Source: Octopus vulgaris
Lineage: Eukaryota
DNA: 64,000 nucleotides
Direction: 5' to 3'
NCBI GenBank assembly: GCA_951406725.2
Contig: OX597827.1
Span: 32,426,001-32,490,000 of the forward strand
A program made the position numbers and the translations under genes. Position 1 is the stretch's first letter, and every line of letters begins with the position of its first letter. This document shows positions 12,901 through 28,000 of the stretch, one piece after another. The notes below the pieces were generated by a model. The model was not told the origin of the DNA. It did not search any database and saw nothing but the letters and a program-made list of their open reading frames with translations.

Positions 12901-15900
12901 CGTGGTGTACAAAATAATGAATAGGATATTTTTTTATCTGAAAATGAAAGCAGGGATTCTGAAGAAACAAAGCAGCGATGGCGACAGCAAAGACAATTTT
13001 ACATCGGAATGAAGTAAAAAAAACTTTTTAAATGTTTTTATTAGCAATTTTTCTGAGGAGATAAAGTTTATCTATAGCCTTTCTTAGGAAGTGAAACCAT
13101 TAGACTTATATTTTTTTCAGTATGCTAGTTTGAAGTGATCACTTCGAAAACAAATTTACGCAGATTGTAAACAAACACAAAATGGGAGATCAAAGTTTGG
13201 AAAATTTGTGAAGCAAATACTGGGTACTGTTGTGGATTTAGTTTTTATACAGGGAAAATAATGTTAGTCAGCATGGCTTAGGGTACGATGTGGTCTGAAA
13301 GTTATTGTTTGAAGCGATCACTGCGGAAACAGACTTACGCAGAATGTAAACAAACACAAAATGGGGGATCAAATTTCGGAAAATTTGTGAAGCCAATACT
13401 GGGTACTGCGTGGATTTAGTTTTTATACAGGGAAAATAATGTTAGTCAGCATGGCCTAGGGAACGATGTGGTCTGGAATTTATCACTTCCATACCATAAA
13501 CCAGGGCCGTATATTATTTTTTGACCGATTTCTTTAATTCGGTCAAACTTGCGGTGGATTCCAGTATTTCACTTGTTGTGCATTAAATTCAACTGATGAT
13601 CTAGTGATGTGCACAATTCGTCTTTATCAAAATTTTGTTGCATACCCATTTGAATATTAGCTGATGATTCATTTTCTATGGTGATGTTTAAACAAAATTT
13701 TAATATTTTTACCTTTTGCTCAATTTAAAATTTTAATATTTTTACCTTTTGCTCAGTTTACCTGGATTTACCTGTAATTAAAGTCACTTTGAGACAAAAG
13801 TTATGCAATAGAATTGATTAAGAACCCTTTCTTTAATTATGTTCCAAATATCACATTAATATGTTAAGTAAAAAAGTTACAGTTATTTAATGAAACAAGC
13901 CTAAATTCATGATTATTTTAGAATTTAATTGAAACTCATAAGGGGTGTATTTTGGTCAGAAATATAGTAACGAAAGGGTTAATGGCATCTAATTACATAG
14001 AGATTGAAAGACAACTCCACCAAATATAAATATAAACCTCAATCATTATTTTATCAGTCTTTCCTTGCCTGCATGAGTTAGATGAGTATCACTGTGACTT
14101 TTACATGCTTTCCTTGATTGGTGAGATTGATGTGGCTGATGTCACATCAATCTTACCTGAGCTTTTGCAGGGGGAAAAACATGAGGACAGAAGAGACCTG
14201 CATTCTAGGTTAGATGCTAGCAACCAAGTGATGGTGTTGACCATTTCTTTTTCCACTTTTCTATTGAAATGCACTGTTTTTGTTTCATTTAATTTTGGAA
14301 ATAATGAATTTAGTAAACTTTGTCAATTATTAATCTGGTGTTCGGAGCATAAGTTAACATGAAATTTTGATGAACATTTTTTTCATTTCGTTAGCCTTTT
14401 CTTTATGATATTTCTTCTTGTAAATACACTCTACCTTTGTTTCAATTAATTTTGAAAATGACAAGCAATAAAGCACTAGTGATGGTGCCACATAAAATGC
14501 ACCCAGTACACTCTGTAGAGTGGTTGGTGTTAGGAAGGGCATCCAGCTGTAGAAACTATACCAAAACAGAGAATGGAACCTGGTGCAACTCCTGACTTTG
14601 CCAGCGCAAACCCATGCTAGCATGGGAAACCTATGTTAAATGATGATGGTGGTGGTGGCACTATCTTCACCTTCTTTATTTTCCATAGCTGAGCTATTTT
14701 GTACTTAAGAGGGTTGTATCTAGCTATCTTTTCGCCTTCCTTCTTGACTATTCGTCAATCAAAGGGGCATGCAACATCAACTATATAGCATCATATGTGG
14801 TGCACCTTGCCCTCCACCACTTGGTCCGGTCTGTTATACTCTAGCAGCAGATCTGTTTGGGTTGAGAAATCTCAGAGAATTTTGCTAGTTTCTGACTCCG
14901 CCACTCTCTGTAGTTTGTGGTCATACCACATCTTGCCACTCTTTAGCTCCCACTTTTCGCACAGTTTCCAGTGTAGCACTTCCATTACCTGGTCATGTCA
15001 CCACAACTTGTTGTGGTTTTCGGCAAGTCTAGGGCATTCATTCATATGGGCAGTGGCTTGGTCCACTCTGTTGCAGATGTGGCATAGTGGAGACATTTGC
15101 TCATTCCTAAGGTTGACCCTCCAGTTTGTGCCAAAGCTTGGTCTTGTGCTGTCAGTATAGTGCTCTCGGTATCTTTTTTTAAGGTTTCTTTCATCATCCA
15201 ATCCCACCTGTTTTCCAGCAACTTCTGTTGTGGCTACATCGAATTAATTGTGTAGTCCCTTATTGCGTAATTCTTCTTCATGTCTTTTTTGTACTTCTTC
15301 CTTTTCCCTTTTTTCCTCTGCTCTCAATACTCTTTCGTTCCTAACTGTCACTAGCAAGGTTTCCTTACTCTGGACTAGGTATCTCATTAAGCTCTCGAGT
15401 TCAATACGCATGCAGTCTTCCATACTTCTCAGTCCCCTTCCTCCATTTGCTCTCTTCATGTATAAGTGATCAGTGTCTGCACGTGGATGATGGGCTCCAT
15501 GCACCATTAGGAGCTTTCTTGACTTCCTGTCTATCTCCTTTAGTTCCTCCTCTGTCCACTTCAGGATTCCAGCACCATACCAAACTACTGAAACTGCATG
15601 CGTGCTTATTGCCAAAATTATGTTACTGGCATTCAGGGTACTCTCTTTTTGTCTTTTCCTTCATGTCGTGGTGTTTGCCTCAAGTATTCCCAGGTATTTA
15701 TAACTGAATTGAGGTTGAATTGCCTTCATCATTTCACCACTTGGCAAGCTTTCCTCATTTCATCACCATCATAGCACATTTTGAGAGTCCAAACTCCATC
15801 TTAATATCATTGGAGAAAATCCACACAGACTGGACTAGGCTGTCCAGTTCTGCTTCAGTTTTTATGAATAGCCTCAGGTCATCCATGTATAGCAAGTGGT

Positions 15901-16827
15901 TTAGTTTTCCATTAACTCTTCCAAGATCATACCCCAACTTTGTTTTCTGTAATATTTCACTCAAGGGGATCATTCCCAGCATAAATATCAGTGGGGACAC
16001 ACTGTCCCCTTGGAAGAGCCCTCTCTTGATTTTCACCTCTCCTAATACTTGCCTCCCTGCTGTCAATTCTGTTCTCCACTATTCCATATAAGGCTTCTCA
16101 TATTCTCTGCTACTCCATATATTTCCATTGTTCTTATTGTCCAAGAGTGGGATATCATAGAGTATGCGTTGTGATAGTTAACCCATGCCATGCTCAGGTT
16201 TGTATGTCTTCTATTGCAGTTCCTGATAATTAGATTATCAATTAAGAGCTGATCCTTCATTCCCTGGCTCCTTTTTTGGCACCCTTTCTGTTCAGTAGGT
16301 AACAGCCCTCTTTTTTCTGAGTATCTGTACAGTTCACCGGCCAAAGCACCTGACATTAGTTTCCACATTAGCAAAAGGCATATTATTGGTGTAAAGTTGG
16401 ATGCAACATTTCCCTTTTCAGGATCCTTGGCACATAACAATGTCTTTCATTTTGTCATCCAGCTGGATACTGCACCTTCCAGCAAGCACTCATCTTGCTG
16501 TTGTGCTATCCTTTCATGGAGCCCACTCAGCTTCTTTATCCAATAACCTTGGACCCCATCCAGTCCTGGGCTCTTCCAATTTGGGAATTTTCTTAACTGC
16601 TTTTTTTATCATCTCTGTAGTTATCTGTATGTCTTCTGGGGCTTCTATATTTCTTAACCTATCTTGGATTTCATGCAACCACTCCGCTTCATCATTATGC
16701 TATACAGCTTGGTCCTAGACCCGTCTCCAGAATGCCTTGCTTTTCTCTGCATTTGGTATCATTGTTACGTGTATGTGTCCATCTAGTTCCTGATTTGCTT
16801 CAAACAATCTGTTTTGCCTGAACTGTC

Positions 16828-16859
<32 letters not shown>

Positions 16860-19800
16860 TCTGCCATAGTCGACTCTGTTTTTCATTCTTTCTGGTCCAG
16901 TAAAATGACCAGTTGAGTGCTGGGGTCAATGTAATCAACTTACCCCATCCTCAGAAATTGCTGGCTTTGTGCCAAAATTATTATTATTAATTAAGGCGGT
17001 GAGCTGGCAGAATCGTTAGTAGTATTTCACCCATCACTACGTTTCTGAGTTCAAATTCCACCAAAGTCGACTTTACCTTTCATCCTTTCGGGGTCAATGA
17101 AATAAGTACCAGTTGAATACTGAGGTCGATGTAATCAAACTCACTCCGTCTCCTAGAATTTCAGGTCTAGTGCTTGTTGTAGAAAAGATTGTTATTATTA
17201 CTAGCAAATCTACGCATCTATAATGGAGGCAAAACATGAGGGAGGGAAGTCATAGCAGCAGTATGTATTGAGAAATGTGTACATGAACTTGATAGATTAC
17301 TAGGTGATGTCTTAGAGAAATCACATTATTGTTGGTGATACGGCATTCTGTTGCAGCTATACGACATGGCAACTAAGTGACATGGGACGACGATTCACTC
17401 CCAAACTGAAATAGGCTCCCAGCCTCTGTATCATGAATGGTTATGTGGACCACCATTTTTAATAATGGAAGGCAAGGTTTACGGTATTGGAAAAATATTG
17501 TCTCCTTCCATCATTCTTTTTGTTCGTTATGTAGTTCAGACTTTCGGCAGGTGAAGAGAAAAGACTTCAAGCATAAATGCTATTTACAACTGGTTTATTT
17601 ACAGGAAAGGTGAAGTGTACTGCTCTCAGCTACCATCTTAAGCTCTGATAGTGTGGGCGCATTGCCTCTGGAGATAGACAGGCAGAAAACCCACAGTGCT
17701 GCTGTGTTGTGGCGCCGAAGAAGAGACAGGTCTGAATCAGTTTCCCGTTTATATAGTTTCCATCGCAAGCCTCGTTGTGATCTCGCGCATGGCAAATGGA
17801 TGCAGGTGAGGTCTCGCTCCAGTCTCTGAGATGGCAATGGCTGCCACAAGATCTCATCCAATATGGCCCTAGCTGCTTGTGCCGCTACACTTTTATTTTA
17901 TTTGTTTACACTATTTTACGCTTGTTATACAAAGTTCACAAATTTATTTGAATTGTGAATCATATTCCTTTCCATAATATCAATATGATTACAAAACTTC
18001 TTTGCAGACGATATTTTCTGTTTGGTTGACTCTAATTTTCAAATTACTGGAGTCTGTTGCTCTACTCATAGTGACATATAACTGGCCATGTATAAACATC
18101 AGAGTGGGTAAAAATTCACCCACACAATCTAAACTCTGGCCCTGTACCTTGTTTGTTGTGAGTTCAGGAGTGGAATCTTTAGGAATCTGCCCATCTGCAA
18201 TGTGAAATAAAGAGATAGTATTTCAAATCTAAATCATCTAAATTCACAAATTATATGGAGCGGGAAATCTAGAGTTAATCCTTGTCGCCAGAATCTTTAA
18301 AAAATCAAAGCTGATTTATTAATACAGAACTCAATATCAGTAATTATTCATACACCGATTAAAGATGAGCCAAAGCCATCCCAATCATTCCTTAATAAGA
18401 CATAATTATGGCATATGGCATAATTTAGTGGATAAATAAGTTGACTTCTCCCCCTTAATTTTTTTTACTTTTTTACACTTGGAAACTGAACAATTACCCT
18501 CACTATCCACTAAATAATCATACTTTTTCTTATTTTTTTCGCTAAAAAACTTCCTGATTACTTCCTTTGTAATTCTGAAAAATATTGTGACCATTGGTCC
18601 GGCTGTTTGACCATGAAGTAGGAACAGATAGACGGACATGATGCCCATTTTTGTAAGGAGATTAAGCTGGTGTTGAGAACTTCAGTTAACATGAAATCTT
18701 GACGGAAGATTTTTAACTTAGGTCACTGTAAAACAGGGAGCTTGTACCACAGAACCAGAAGGGGTCTCAGTTGGTATCAAAAGGGTTGATAAACTGGCCA
18801 ATACGTTAGATGTACCATCCAATATTAATGGTACCCAAGAACCAGGTGATTGTTAAATTTGCTGGTGTATCAAGTGGTACTACTCAAAGCTAGGGGACCA
18901 CAGGGCGAGGCGATGGTTTTATTAAACTAAAATGCACATTACTATGCCAAACCCTTTTTGGTTTTTATTAACAGAGAGAAACAAGGTGGAGGGAAGTCAC
19001 ATTCAAGTATACTTGATTTAACATTCAAGAAATCGTACCTAACCCCTGTTGAAGTCAAGGAACGTATGCATAAAATCTGGGAACATAACGGCTACATTCT
19101 AAGGATGGTCTATGACTTTTTAGACGTTGATGTTGAATATCCAACTGACATCTTTTTTCTTGAAGTTGTTCCTGTGATTCCATCTTGTTTTAGACCAGTA
19201 AGTATTATTATTTTCATTATCATTCATCATTGTTGTTTAACGTCTGCTTTCCATGCTGTCATGGGTTGGATGGTTTGACCGAGAGCTGGCAAGCCAGAAG
19301 GCTGCACCAGGCTCCAATCTGATCTGGCAATGTTTCTACAGCTGGATGCCCTTCCTAACGCTAACCACTCCGAGGGTGTAGTAGGTACTTTCTACATGCC
19401 ACTGGCAGGAGGGCTTGTTGGGCAGTACTGCTACTGGTCACGCTTGAACGGTGCTTTTTACGTGCTATCTGCATGAGAGCCATTCAGACAGCACTGGCAA
19501 TGACCACGCTTGAATGGTGCTTTTTACATACCACCTGCACCGGACCAGTCAGCCAGCACTAGCATTGACCATGCTCAACTGGTGCTTTTTACATGCCACT
19601 GGCAAAAATTCTTATTAAGGTGGTGAGCTGGCAGAATCATTAGCACGCCGGTCAAAATGTTTAGCAGTATTTCACCTGTCACTACATTCTCAGTTCAAAT
19701 TCTGCTGAGGTTGACTTTACTTTTCATCCTTTTGGGGCCAGTAAAATAAGTACTAGTTGAACACTGGGGTCATTGTAATTGACACATCTCCTCCCTTAAA

Positions 19801-21977
19801 ATTGCTGCCCTTGTGCCAAATTTTAGAACCATTATTATTATCATTATTATTGGTGAGCTGAAAGACTCGTTAGCATGCCAGACAAAATACTTAGTGGCAT
19901 TTCATCCAGCTTTACGTTCTGATTTCAAATTCTGCCGAGGTCGACTTTGTCTTTCATTCTTTTGGGGTCAATAAATTAAGTACCAGTTGAACACTGGGGG
20001 GTTAATGTAATCGGCTAGTCCCTTGCCCCAAAGTTTCAGGCCTTGTGAGAGGATTATTATTATTATTATTATTATTGTAGTGATGAGTTGGCAGGATTGT
20101 TAGCATGTTGGACAAAATGCTTAGCGATATTTCTCCCGACTCTTTATATTCTTCAGTTAAATTCTCCTGGTGTCGACTTTCATCCTTTAGATCTCTATAA
20201 AATAAGTATCAGTTGAGCCCTGGGGTTGATGTTATTAACTTTACCCACCCCTGCTCCAAAATTTCAGGCTTTGTGCCTATAATAGAAAGGATTGTTGTTA
20301 GGGCAGTGACCTGACAGAAACGTTAGTATGCCAGGTGAAATGCTTAGAGTTATTTCGTCTGTCTTTACATTCTGAGTTCAACTTTGCCTTTCATCCTTTT
20401 GGGTTCGATAAATTAAGTACTGGAGTCAATCTAATTGACTGGTTCCCTCCCCCAAAATTTCGGGCCTTGTGCCAAGAGTAGAAAAGAATATTGTAATATA
20501 GACAAGGCGGCGTGCTAGCAGAAACTTTAGCACGCCGGGCGAAATGCTTAGCGGTATTTCATCTGTCTTTACGTTCTGAGGTTGACTTTCCTTTTCATCC
20601 TTTTAGGGTCGATAAATTAAGTACCAGTTGCATACTGGGGTTGATCTAATTGACTGACCCCCCCCCCCCATCCCTAAAAATTTCGGGCTTTGTGCCTTGA
20701 GTAGAAAAGAAAGGATTATTGTTCAGGGAAGGAAGCTGGCAGAATGGTTAGCACACCTGACAAAATGCTTAGTGGTTATTCATCTGTCTTTATCTACTAA
20801 GTCCAAATTCCTCCAAGGCTACCTGTGCCATTTGTGGGGAGAGGGGTCAATAAAATAAAGTGCCCGTTGAGCACTGGGGTCAATGTAATTGAACATCCTC
20901 CTCCCACAAAATTTTGGGTCTTGTGCCTGTAGCAGAAAGAATTATTATTTCTACAAGTTCTACAGAGACATGGATTAGCAGAATCTTGTATGTCAGACAA
21001 AAATCATTGTCATCTTCATTTGATGTCTGTTGTCCATGCTGGCATGGGTTGGGCAGTTTAACCAGGACTGGCAAGCTGGAAGGCTGCACCACACTCCAGC
21101 CTGGTTTTCTACAGCTGGATGCCCTTCCTAATGCCAACCACTCCAATATTTCTTCTGATTAAGGCTGAGAGCTGGCAGAATCCTTTAGCATGCTGGGCAA
21201 AATGCTTAGCAGCATTTAGTCTGTCATTTACATTCTGCGTTCAGATCCTACTTTTCATCGTTTTGCAGTCAATAGAATAAGTACCAGCTGAGACCTAGGG
21301 GTCGATGTAATCAATTTACCTTCTCCCAAACTTGCTGTCCTTGTGCCAGAATTTTAAACCAATGTTTTTTTCAGGATTGTTACATTCTCATGGATCAAAT
21401 CCCCACAAAAGCCTGCCACAGATTGCTGTGGCCATACCTTGTTACCACCTTCAAGAGTTCCGTAAATTTCAGAACTTTATTTCAAGTTGTTTCATGAGGC
21501 TGTCTCCTGAATTTACCATCCATAATCTTAACTAAAACCAACATTATAAACGAGTTGTGGGCCAACTGTGGCCTGCGGGACATTCTGAATAGCATGTTTA
21601 ATGAAAAAATTGTCTTGAATGTATTTAGAAGTTCAGCCCACCTAATGAGGAGACATATCTCATGTGACCTGCTGCTTAAAAATTGTTGCCTATGCCTGTT
21701 AGAGATATTTACCAAATATTTTTCTGTAGTCATGAAAAAATTTGGCATCAGTTCCCAATGAGGATGTGTATTCTTTTACTTGTTTGTCATTTTGACTGCG
21801 GCCATGCTGGAGCACTGTCTTTAGTCAAGCAAATCGACCCCAGGATTTATTCTGTGTGAGCCTAGTACTTATCCTATCGGTCTCTTTTGCCGAACTGCTA
21901 AGTTACAGAGACGTAAACACACCAGCATCGGTTGTCAAACGATGTTGGGTCACACACACACACAAACATATACACAT

Positions 21978-22031
<54 letters not shown>

Positions 22032-25000
22032 CTGGCTTCTTTCAGTTTCCATCTACCAAATCCAGTCACAAGGCTTTGGTTGACCCGAGGCTATAGTAGA
22101 AGACACTTGCCCAAAGTGCCACGCAGTGGGACTGAACCATGTGGTTGGTAAGCAAGCTACTTACCACACAGCCACTTCTGTGCTAAACCATTTCATAACC
22201 ATAGTTCTAACAAAATGCACTTCCTGCAGTTTCAATTCATTTTGAAAATTATAAAGAATTTGAAAGTAGAATAACTTTTTTTTTGTTTTTAATCCATTAT
22301 CTTGGTTATTCATGATTTTTTTCTTTTTTTTTTCTTTTGTTAGTGTGTTGTTTTAAAAGGTAACAAGTATGAAAGCGTGCAGACTTCTTCCTACAAACGA
22401 ATCGTGGTGGAATGTGAGAAGATCCAACAAATTCTCCATGAGCTCAGAAAGATGGAAGGTGGCCAAACAGAAGGGAAAGGTGAAGGTGAAGGCAAAGGCG
22501 AAGGTGAAGGTGTAGGTGAAGTGGTAAGTAATGGGTAGTGGGATGTCAGGGTCCTGGTGGCAGTGGTGGTGGTCACCATCATTATTAAAAAGCTAGTTTA
22601 AAAATACTGTGTTGAGACAGCACATTGAATATGTTGGCTAGAAACTACATGGATGTTAGATAAAACTGTCTTTGGCATGTCTATAGGGTAAAAGACAAAT
22701 ATCTCCTTGACCCTTTAGCATTTAAACTGACCATATCCAGTTAAAATTTTCTACCTGTTTTGTCTTCAGACTAGCCAGATCTGGCCTTTCCCACTTACCC
22801 TACAATTTCATTTCATAAAAGGCAAATATCTCCTTGACCCTTTAACATTTAAACTGACCATATCCAGTCAAAATTTTCTACCTGTTTTGTCTTCAGACTA
22901 GCCAGATCTGGCCTTTCCCACTTACCCTACAATTTCATTTCATAAAAGGCAAATATCTCCTTGACCCTTTAGCATTTAAACTGACCATATCCAGTCAAAA
23001 TTTTCTACCTGTTTTGTCTTCAGACTAGCCAGATCTGGCCTTTCCCACTTACCCTACAATTTCATTTCATAAAAGGCAAATATCTCCTTGACCCTTTAGC
23101 ATTTAAACTGACCATATCCAGTCAAAATTTTCTACCTGTTTTGTCTTCAGACTAGCCAGATCTGGCCTTTCCCACTTACCCTACAATTTCATTTCATAAA
23201 AGGCAAATATCTCCTTGACCCTTTAGCATTTAAACTGACCATATCCAGTCAAAATTTTCTACCTGTTTTGTCTTCAGACTAGCCAGATCTGGCCTTTCCC
23301 ACTTACCCTACAATTTCATTTCATAAAAGGCAAATATCTCCTTGACCCTTTAGCATTTAAACTGACCATATCCAGTCAAATTTTCTACCTGTTTTGTCTT
23401 CAGACCAGCCAGATCTAGCTTCTCCCACTTACCCTACAATTTCATTTCATAAATAAACAATCACATCGTTGGAATCTCAAAGCTATGGGATAATGTGGGA
23501 TTAATTCCAAACAATTGGAATAAGTAAGAATTACATTTGACAGAATAATCTGAATATTAAGGGTTAATCCTTTACCATTTAATCCAACTATATCTGGGCC
23601 CAAATACTCATTTTAATGTTCAAACCAGTGGAATCTGGCCTCTCACACTCACCCTACAATGTCATTTTAAAAATAAAGATCTACATCAAAATCTTAAAGC
23701 TATGGGATAGTACAGGATCGATTCAAAACAATACAAATTAAGAAGCATTACATTTGACAGAATTATCTGTATTCTGAATGGTTAAGGCTCTGCCAACAAG
23801 AGATCCTGCACATGGTCACTTGAACTTTTGGAAATAGCAGCCAAATCTCACTCAACTCACACACCATGTTGTCTCACAAGTAAAGGACGCATTGGGTAAT
23901 ATACTCCTACAAGACCTTAAAAAGACAGAATGGTCAAAGCTGAACTGTTTTCAATCATAGCCCTGCAGTCTTCTTTGCTTTAACATCCACTTTTCCATGC
24001 TTGCATAAGACAAACAGTAGTATGTTGGGTCTGAGTTTTCTACGGCTGGATGCTCTTCCTGTCACCAACCTTCACTTGTTTCCAGATGTGGTAATAATCT
24101 CTCAGTCCATCAAACAGCCTGGACATGTTTGATGTAGAGAACAGGAAAGAAATGACACCCTATGAATGAGCCATTTGTTTACAAAGATTGTGCATCATAT
24201 CAAAAAGTTTGGACATGCTTTTGTGAGGGACTGTAAGCAGATGATCCCATTAGTGAAGCCATTGTTTATAAGTAAGCTAGCACAAACATGAAGGAAAATA
24301 TAGTTATTTGCATGTACACACACATATATTATTATTATTATTATTAAGGCGGTGAGCTGGCAGAATTGTTAGCACACTGGCTGAAATGCTTAACGGCATT
24401 TCGTCCGTCTTTTCGTTCTGAGTTCAAATTCCACTGACGTCAACTTTGCCTTTCATCCTTTCAGGGTTGATGGAATAAGTACCAGTTACACACTGGGGAC
24501 AATGTAATCAACTAATCCCCTCCCCCAAAATTTCAGGCCTTGTATCTTTAGTAGAAAGAATTATTATTATTACCACTGCCTTCGCTAAGGTAGAGGTATT
24601 GTTTTCAGTCGTGTTTGTTTGTCCTTGGATGAAACTTTCAGAGATGCTTGACCTTGTTACTGGCAGGAACTGATTAGATTTTGGGATCAATCCAATACTG
24701 GACAAGAATTCTGGATTATTTTTTATATTTACTTTACATGATTATGATCTTATGTTGACTTTCAAGTCTTTCTCAAGTATCTCCCTTTAGGCTGTTTCCA
24801 AAGTTTTATTTCCATTTCCCTATTATTAATTTTATTTGCGCCTCTATCTTAATTGAATATGATGGATAAAGAAATCAAACTACATCAACAAATGGCAGCA
24901 AAACTGTTCAGAAATTAAATAACACTAACATAAAGTTATAATATATATATTATGTATTATACTTACATATTAACATTTTACAGTATACTTACATATATAC

Positions 25001-28000
25001 ATGCATCTATACATCAATCTAAAACAACAGGAATACTAAAGGAAAGCCAGAATTTAAGAGAAGAGAAAACCAAAAGGTCTCATGCTATTCATTTAAAAAT
25101 TCCTGAGTTGAACTTACTATTATCACCTCCGCCTTTGAAACTATTTTGAATGGTGAATTTGTTAACTTTGGCTCATATATTAGATAAGGATAAACTATTT
25201 ATTACTGTTACTAAATTTTCTACAGCCATCTTCACGTTCCATGACGACCATTGCGATCAGTCAGGTACTGGATAGGAATTCTGGGTTGTTTTTCCTGTTT
25301 TTTTACTTCATTTTTGAGAGCAGTCGGGCTCATTTTTAGTATTCTCATTTGTGAGAATACTAAATCATCTCTGGCTAATCATTGGCAGGACATTGATATT
25401 GCCTTGGCAGAGGCTTGCACTCTGAGTGCTTTTGTTATTATTATTAAGGTAGTGAGCTGACAGAATTGTTAGCAATCCGGGCAAAATGCTTAGCAGCATT
25501 TCATTCATCTGAACATTCTGAGTTCAAATTCCAACAAGGTCAACTTTCCCTTTCATCCTTTCATGGTCAATGAAATAAGGACCAGTTGAATACTGGGGGT
25601 TGATGCAACCGACTTACCCCCACCCCTAAAATTGCTGGCCTTGTGCCAAAATTTGAAATTATTATTATTTTTATTGCCATTTTATTAGTTCATCCATCAT
25701 TGTCAACGATGACCAAGGACATCACATGACCAAAGGAGACAGTGCACAGTGTGTCTCTCTGGCCAACCAGTCCAATGCCTGCTCAGAAAGGCTCTGTCGC
25801 AGGTCAGGCACTGGTGGTCTGCTGGGACTGAAGGCAAAGAGTTGGCTCAGCACTTGCAGAGTTCGCATTTCATTTCTGCCCTTGAATTCCTGTTCTCTTT
25901 GTCAGAGGTGACAAGCCTGTTGGTACAGCTTTGCCAGGCAGGGCAGATATGTGTGCTTGTATTTCCCAGGTGTTGGGGGTTGATCTCAAAGCTTTGCAAT
26001 GAACCATGATATATATATCTATATATAAAAGAAGGTTTGAAAATCCAATTTTAAAAGATGTATATTCACTTGACCGATTTCACTTTTTTAGGAAAAGATT
26101 GTCAAAAGTAAAATGTAAAGCTTTGTATAAGCTTTGTTGTGTTAAGTACTGGCTGTCACAAAAGTATTAAAATACATATATACATTCTTTGATAATATTA
26201 AGAAAATGTTAAAACAGTTTACAAGAAAGTATTCAGAACGGGAATAGAAAAAGTATTATCAGTTCAATAAAAATCATGTTTGTTTGGTAGTATGTATATA
26301 CACAGAAGGAGATATATTTAAGAATTCACAAAGAATTGGAGAGGAATAACTGACCTGTCTTTCTGACATTTTCTATTTTAGCTACACACAAGATATATAT
26401 ATTTTAATACTTTTGTGACAGCCAGTACTTAATACAACAAAGCTCTACATTTTACTTTTGACAATCTTCTAAAAAAGGGAAACCAGTCAAGTCAATAAAC
26501 ATCTTTTAAAATTGGATTTTCAGACCTTTTATATTTATATATATATATGCACTATCCGACTCGTGGCCGATGCCAGCGCCGCCTCCACTGGCTTCTGTGC
26601 CGGTGGCACATAAAATACACCAATCTGACCGTACGACAGGCACCCATGCCAACCCCCTTGCTTGCGAAGACATGTTGGGGCAAGCGAAATCGAATCGAAC
26701 CAGCCAGGTTCCCTGGTCTGGTGGTACGTAAAAAGCACTATCCGACTCGTGGCCGATGCCAGTGCCGCCTCCACTGGCTTCCGCGCCGGTGGCACGTAAA
26801 ATACACCAATCTGACCGTACAACAGGCACCCATGCCAACCCCCTTGCTTGCGAAGACATGTTGGGGCAAGCGAAATCGAAATCGAATTGAACCAGCCAGG
26901 ATCCCTGATCTGGTGGTACGTAAAAAGCACCATCCGACTCGTGGCAGATGCCAGCACCGCCTCGTCTGGCTTCCGTGCCGGTGGCACATAAAATACACCA
27001 ATCCGACCGTGGCCGTTGCCAGCCTCGCCTGGCACCTGTGCAGGTGGCACGTAAAAAGCACCCACTACACTCACGGAGTGGTTGGCGTTAGGAAGGGCAT
27101 CCAGCTGTAGAAACACTGCCAGATAAGACTGGAGCCTGGTGCAGTCTTCTGGCTTCCCAGATCCCCAGTCGAACCGTCCAACCCATGCTAGCATGGAGAA
27201 CGGACGTTAAACGACGATGATGATGATGATGATATACACACACGCACATATATATAAACAGTGTGGTGCAAAAGTAGGTATACAGTTATGAAAAAAGAAA
27301 ACATGTACAATACTCATTCATTTTTATCGAAAACTGAAAAGTTATGATAAAAGTATTATTATAGTTATAAATGTATCATTATGATTAACGAAACTGAAAA
27401 TATCAAAAATGGGGCTAACTAATTTAATGCGCTAATAGCTTTAATGAATTAAGTATTATAACATTGACGTGATACTTACTGTATACCTACACTTGCACCC
27501 CGTCTCCCAAATCTTTTGGCCAGCCTGGGGCTGTAGTAGTAGTAGTAGAAGACATTTACCCAGAGTTCCCACACAGTGGGACTGAACCTGAAGCCACATG
27601 GTTGGGAAGTGAACATTACCTGAAAGGAATCTCTTTGGTTGTAGGTCTGCTTGGTCAGAGGCTTCCCTGTCATGCTAAAGATTCTGTTTTTTTGTTTTTT
27701 TTTCTTGTAAAGTTTTCCTTTTTGTCTTTTGCAGGATCTAAATACGGTCAATGATCCAAAGCATAAGAACCTAAAGAAAAGGCTCAACGAGACTTGGTTG
27801 GCTCTACAGAAGGATGTCAATTGGTTGTATGACGATTCCTCTGACCCAAGTTCATTCCGCATCAGAGGTGTTAGACAGGTCAGGCATCCATTGAACATTT
27901 TTCAATACATTTCTTCTTTTCTTTTGTCTTTTTACACATACTTTCATCCAGTACAAGGGTTCGTCCTCAGATCAAAGGGTTTAAATACGTTTTTATCTTT

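Noticed and set aside
22696-23453. CRISPR-like array
   Set aside because: Units are contiguous 127-bp repeats with no unique spacers, in a eukaryotic intron with no cas genes
26506-27194. Long overlapping ORFs (up to 219 aa) on both strands
   Set aside because: By-product of a GC-rich, tandemly repeated retroelement tail; no protein motif
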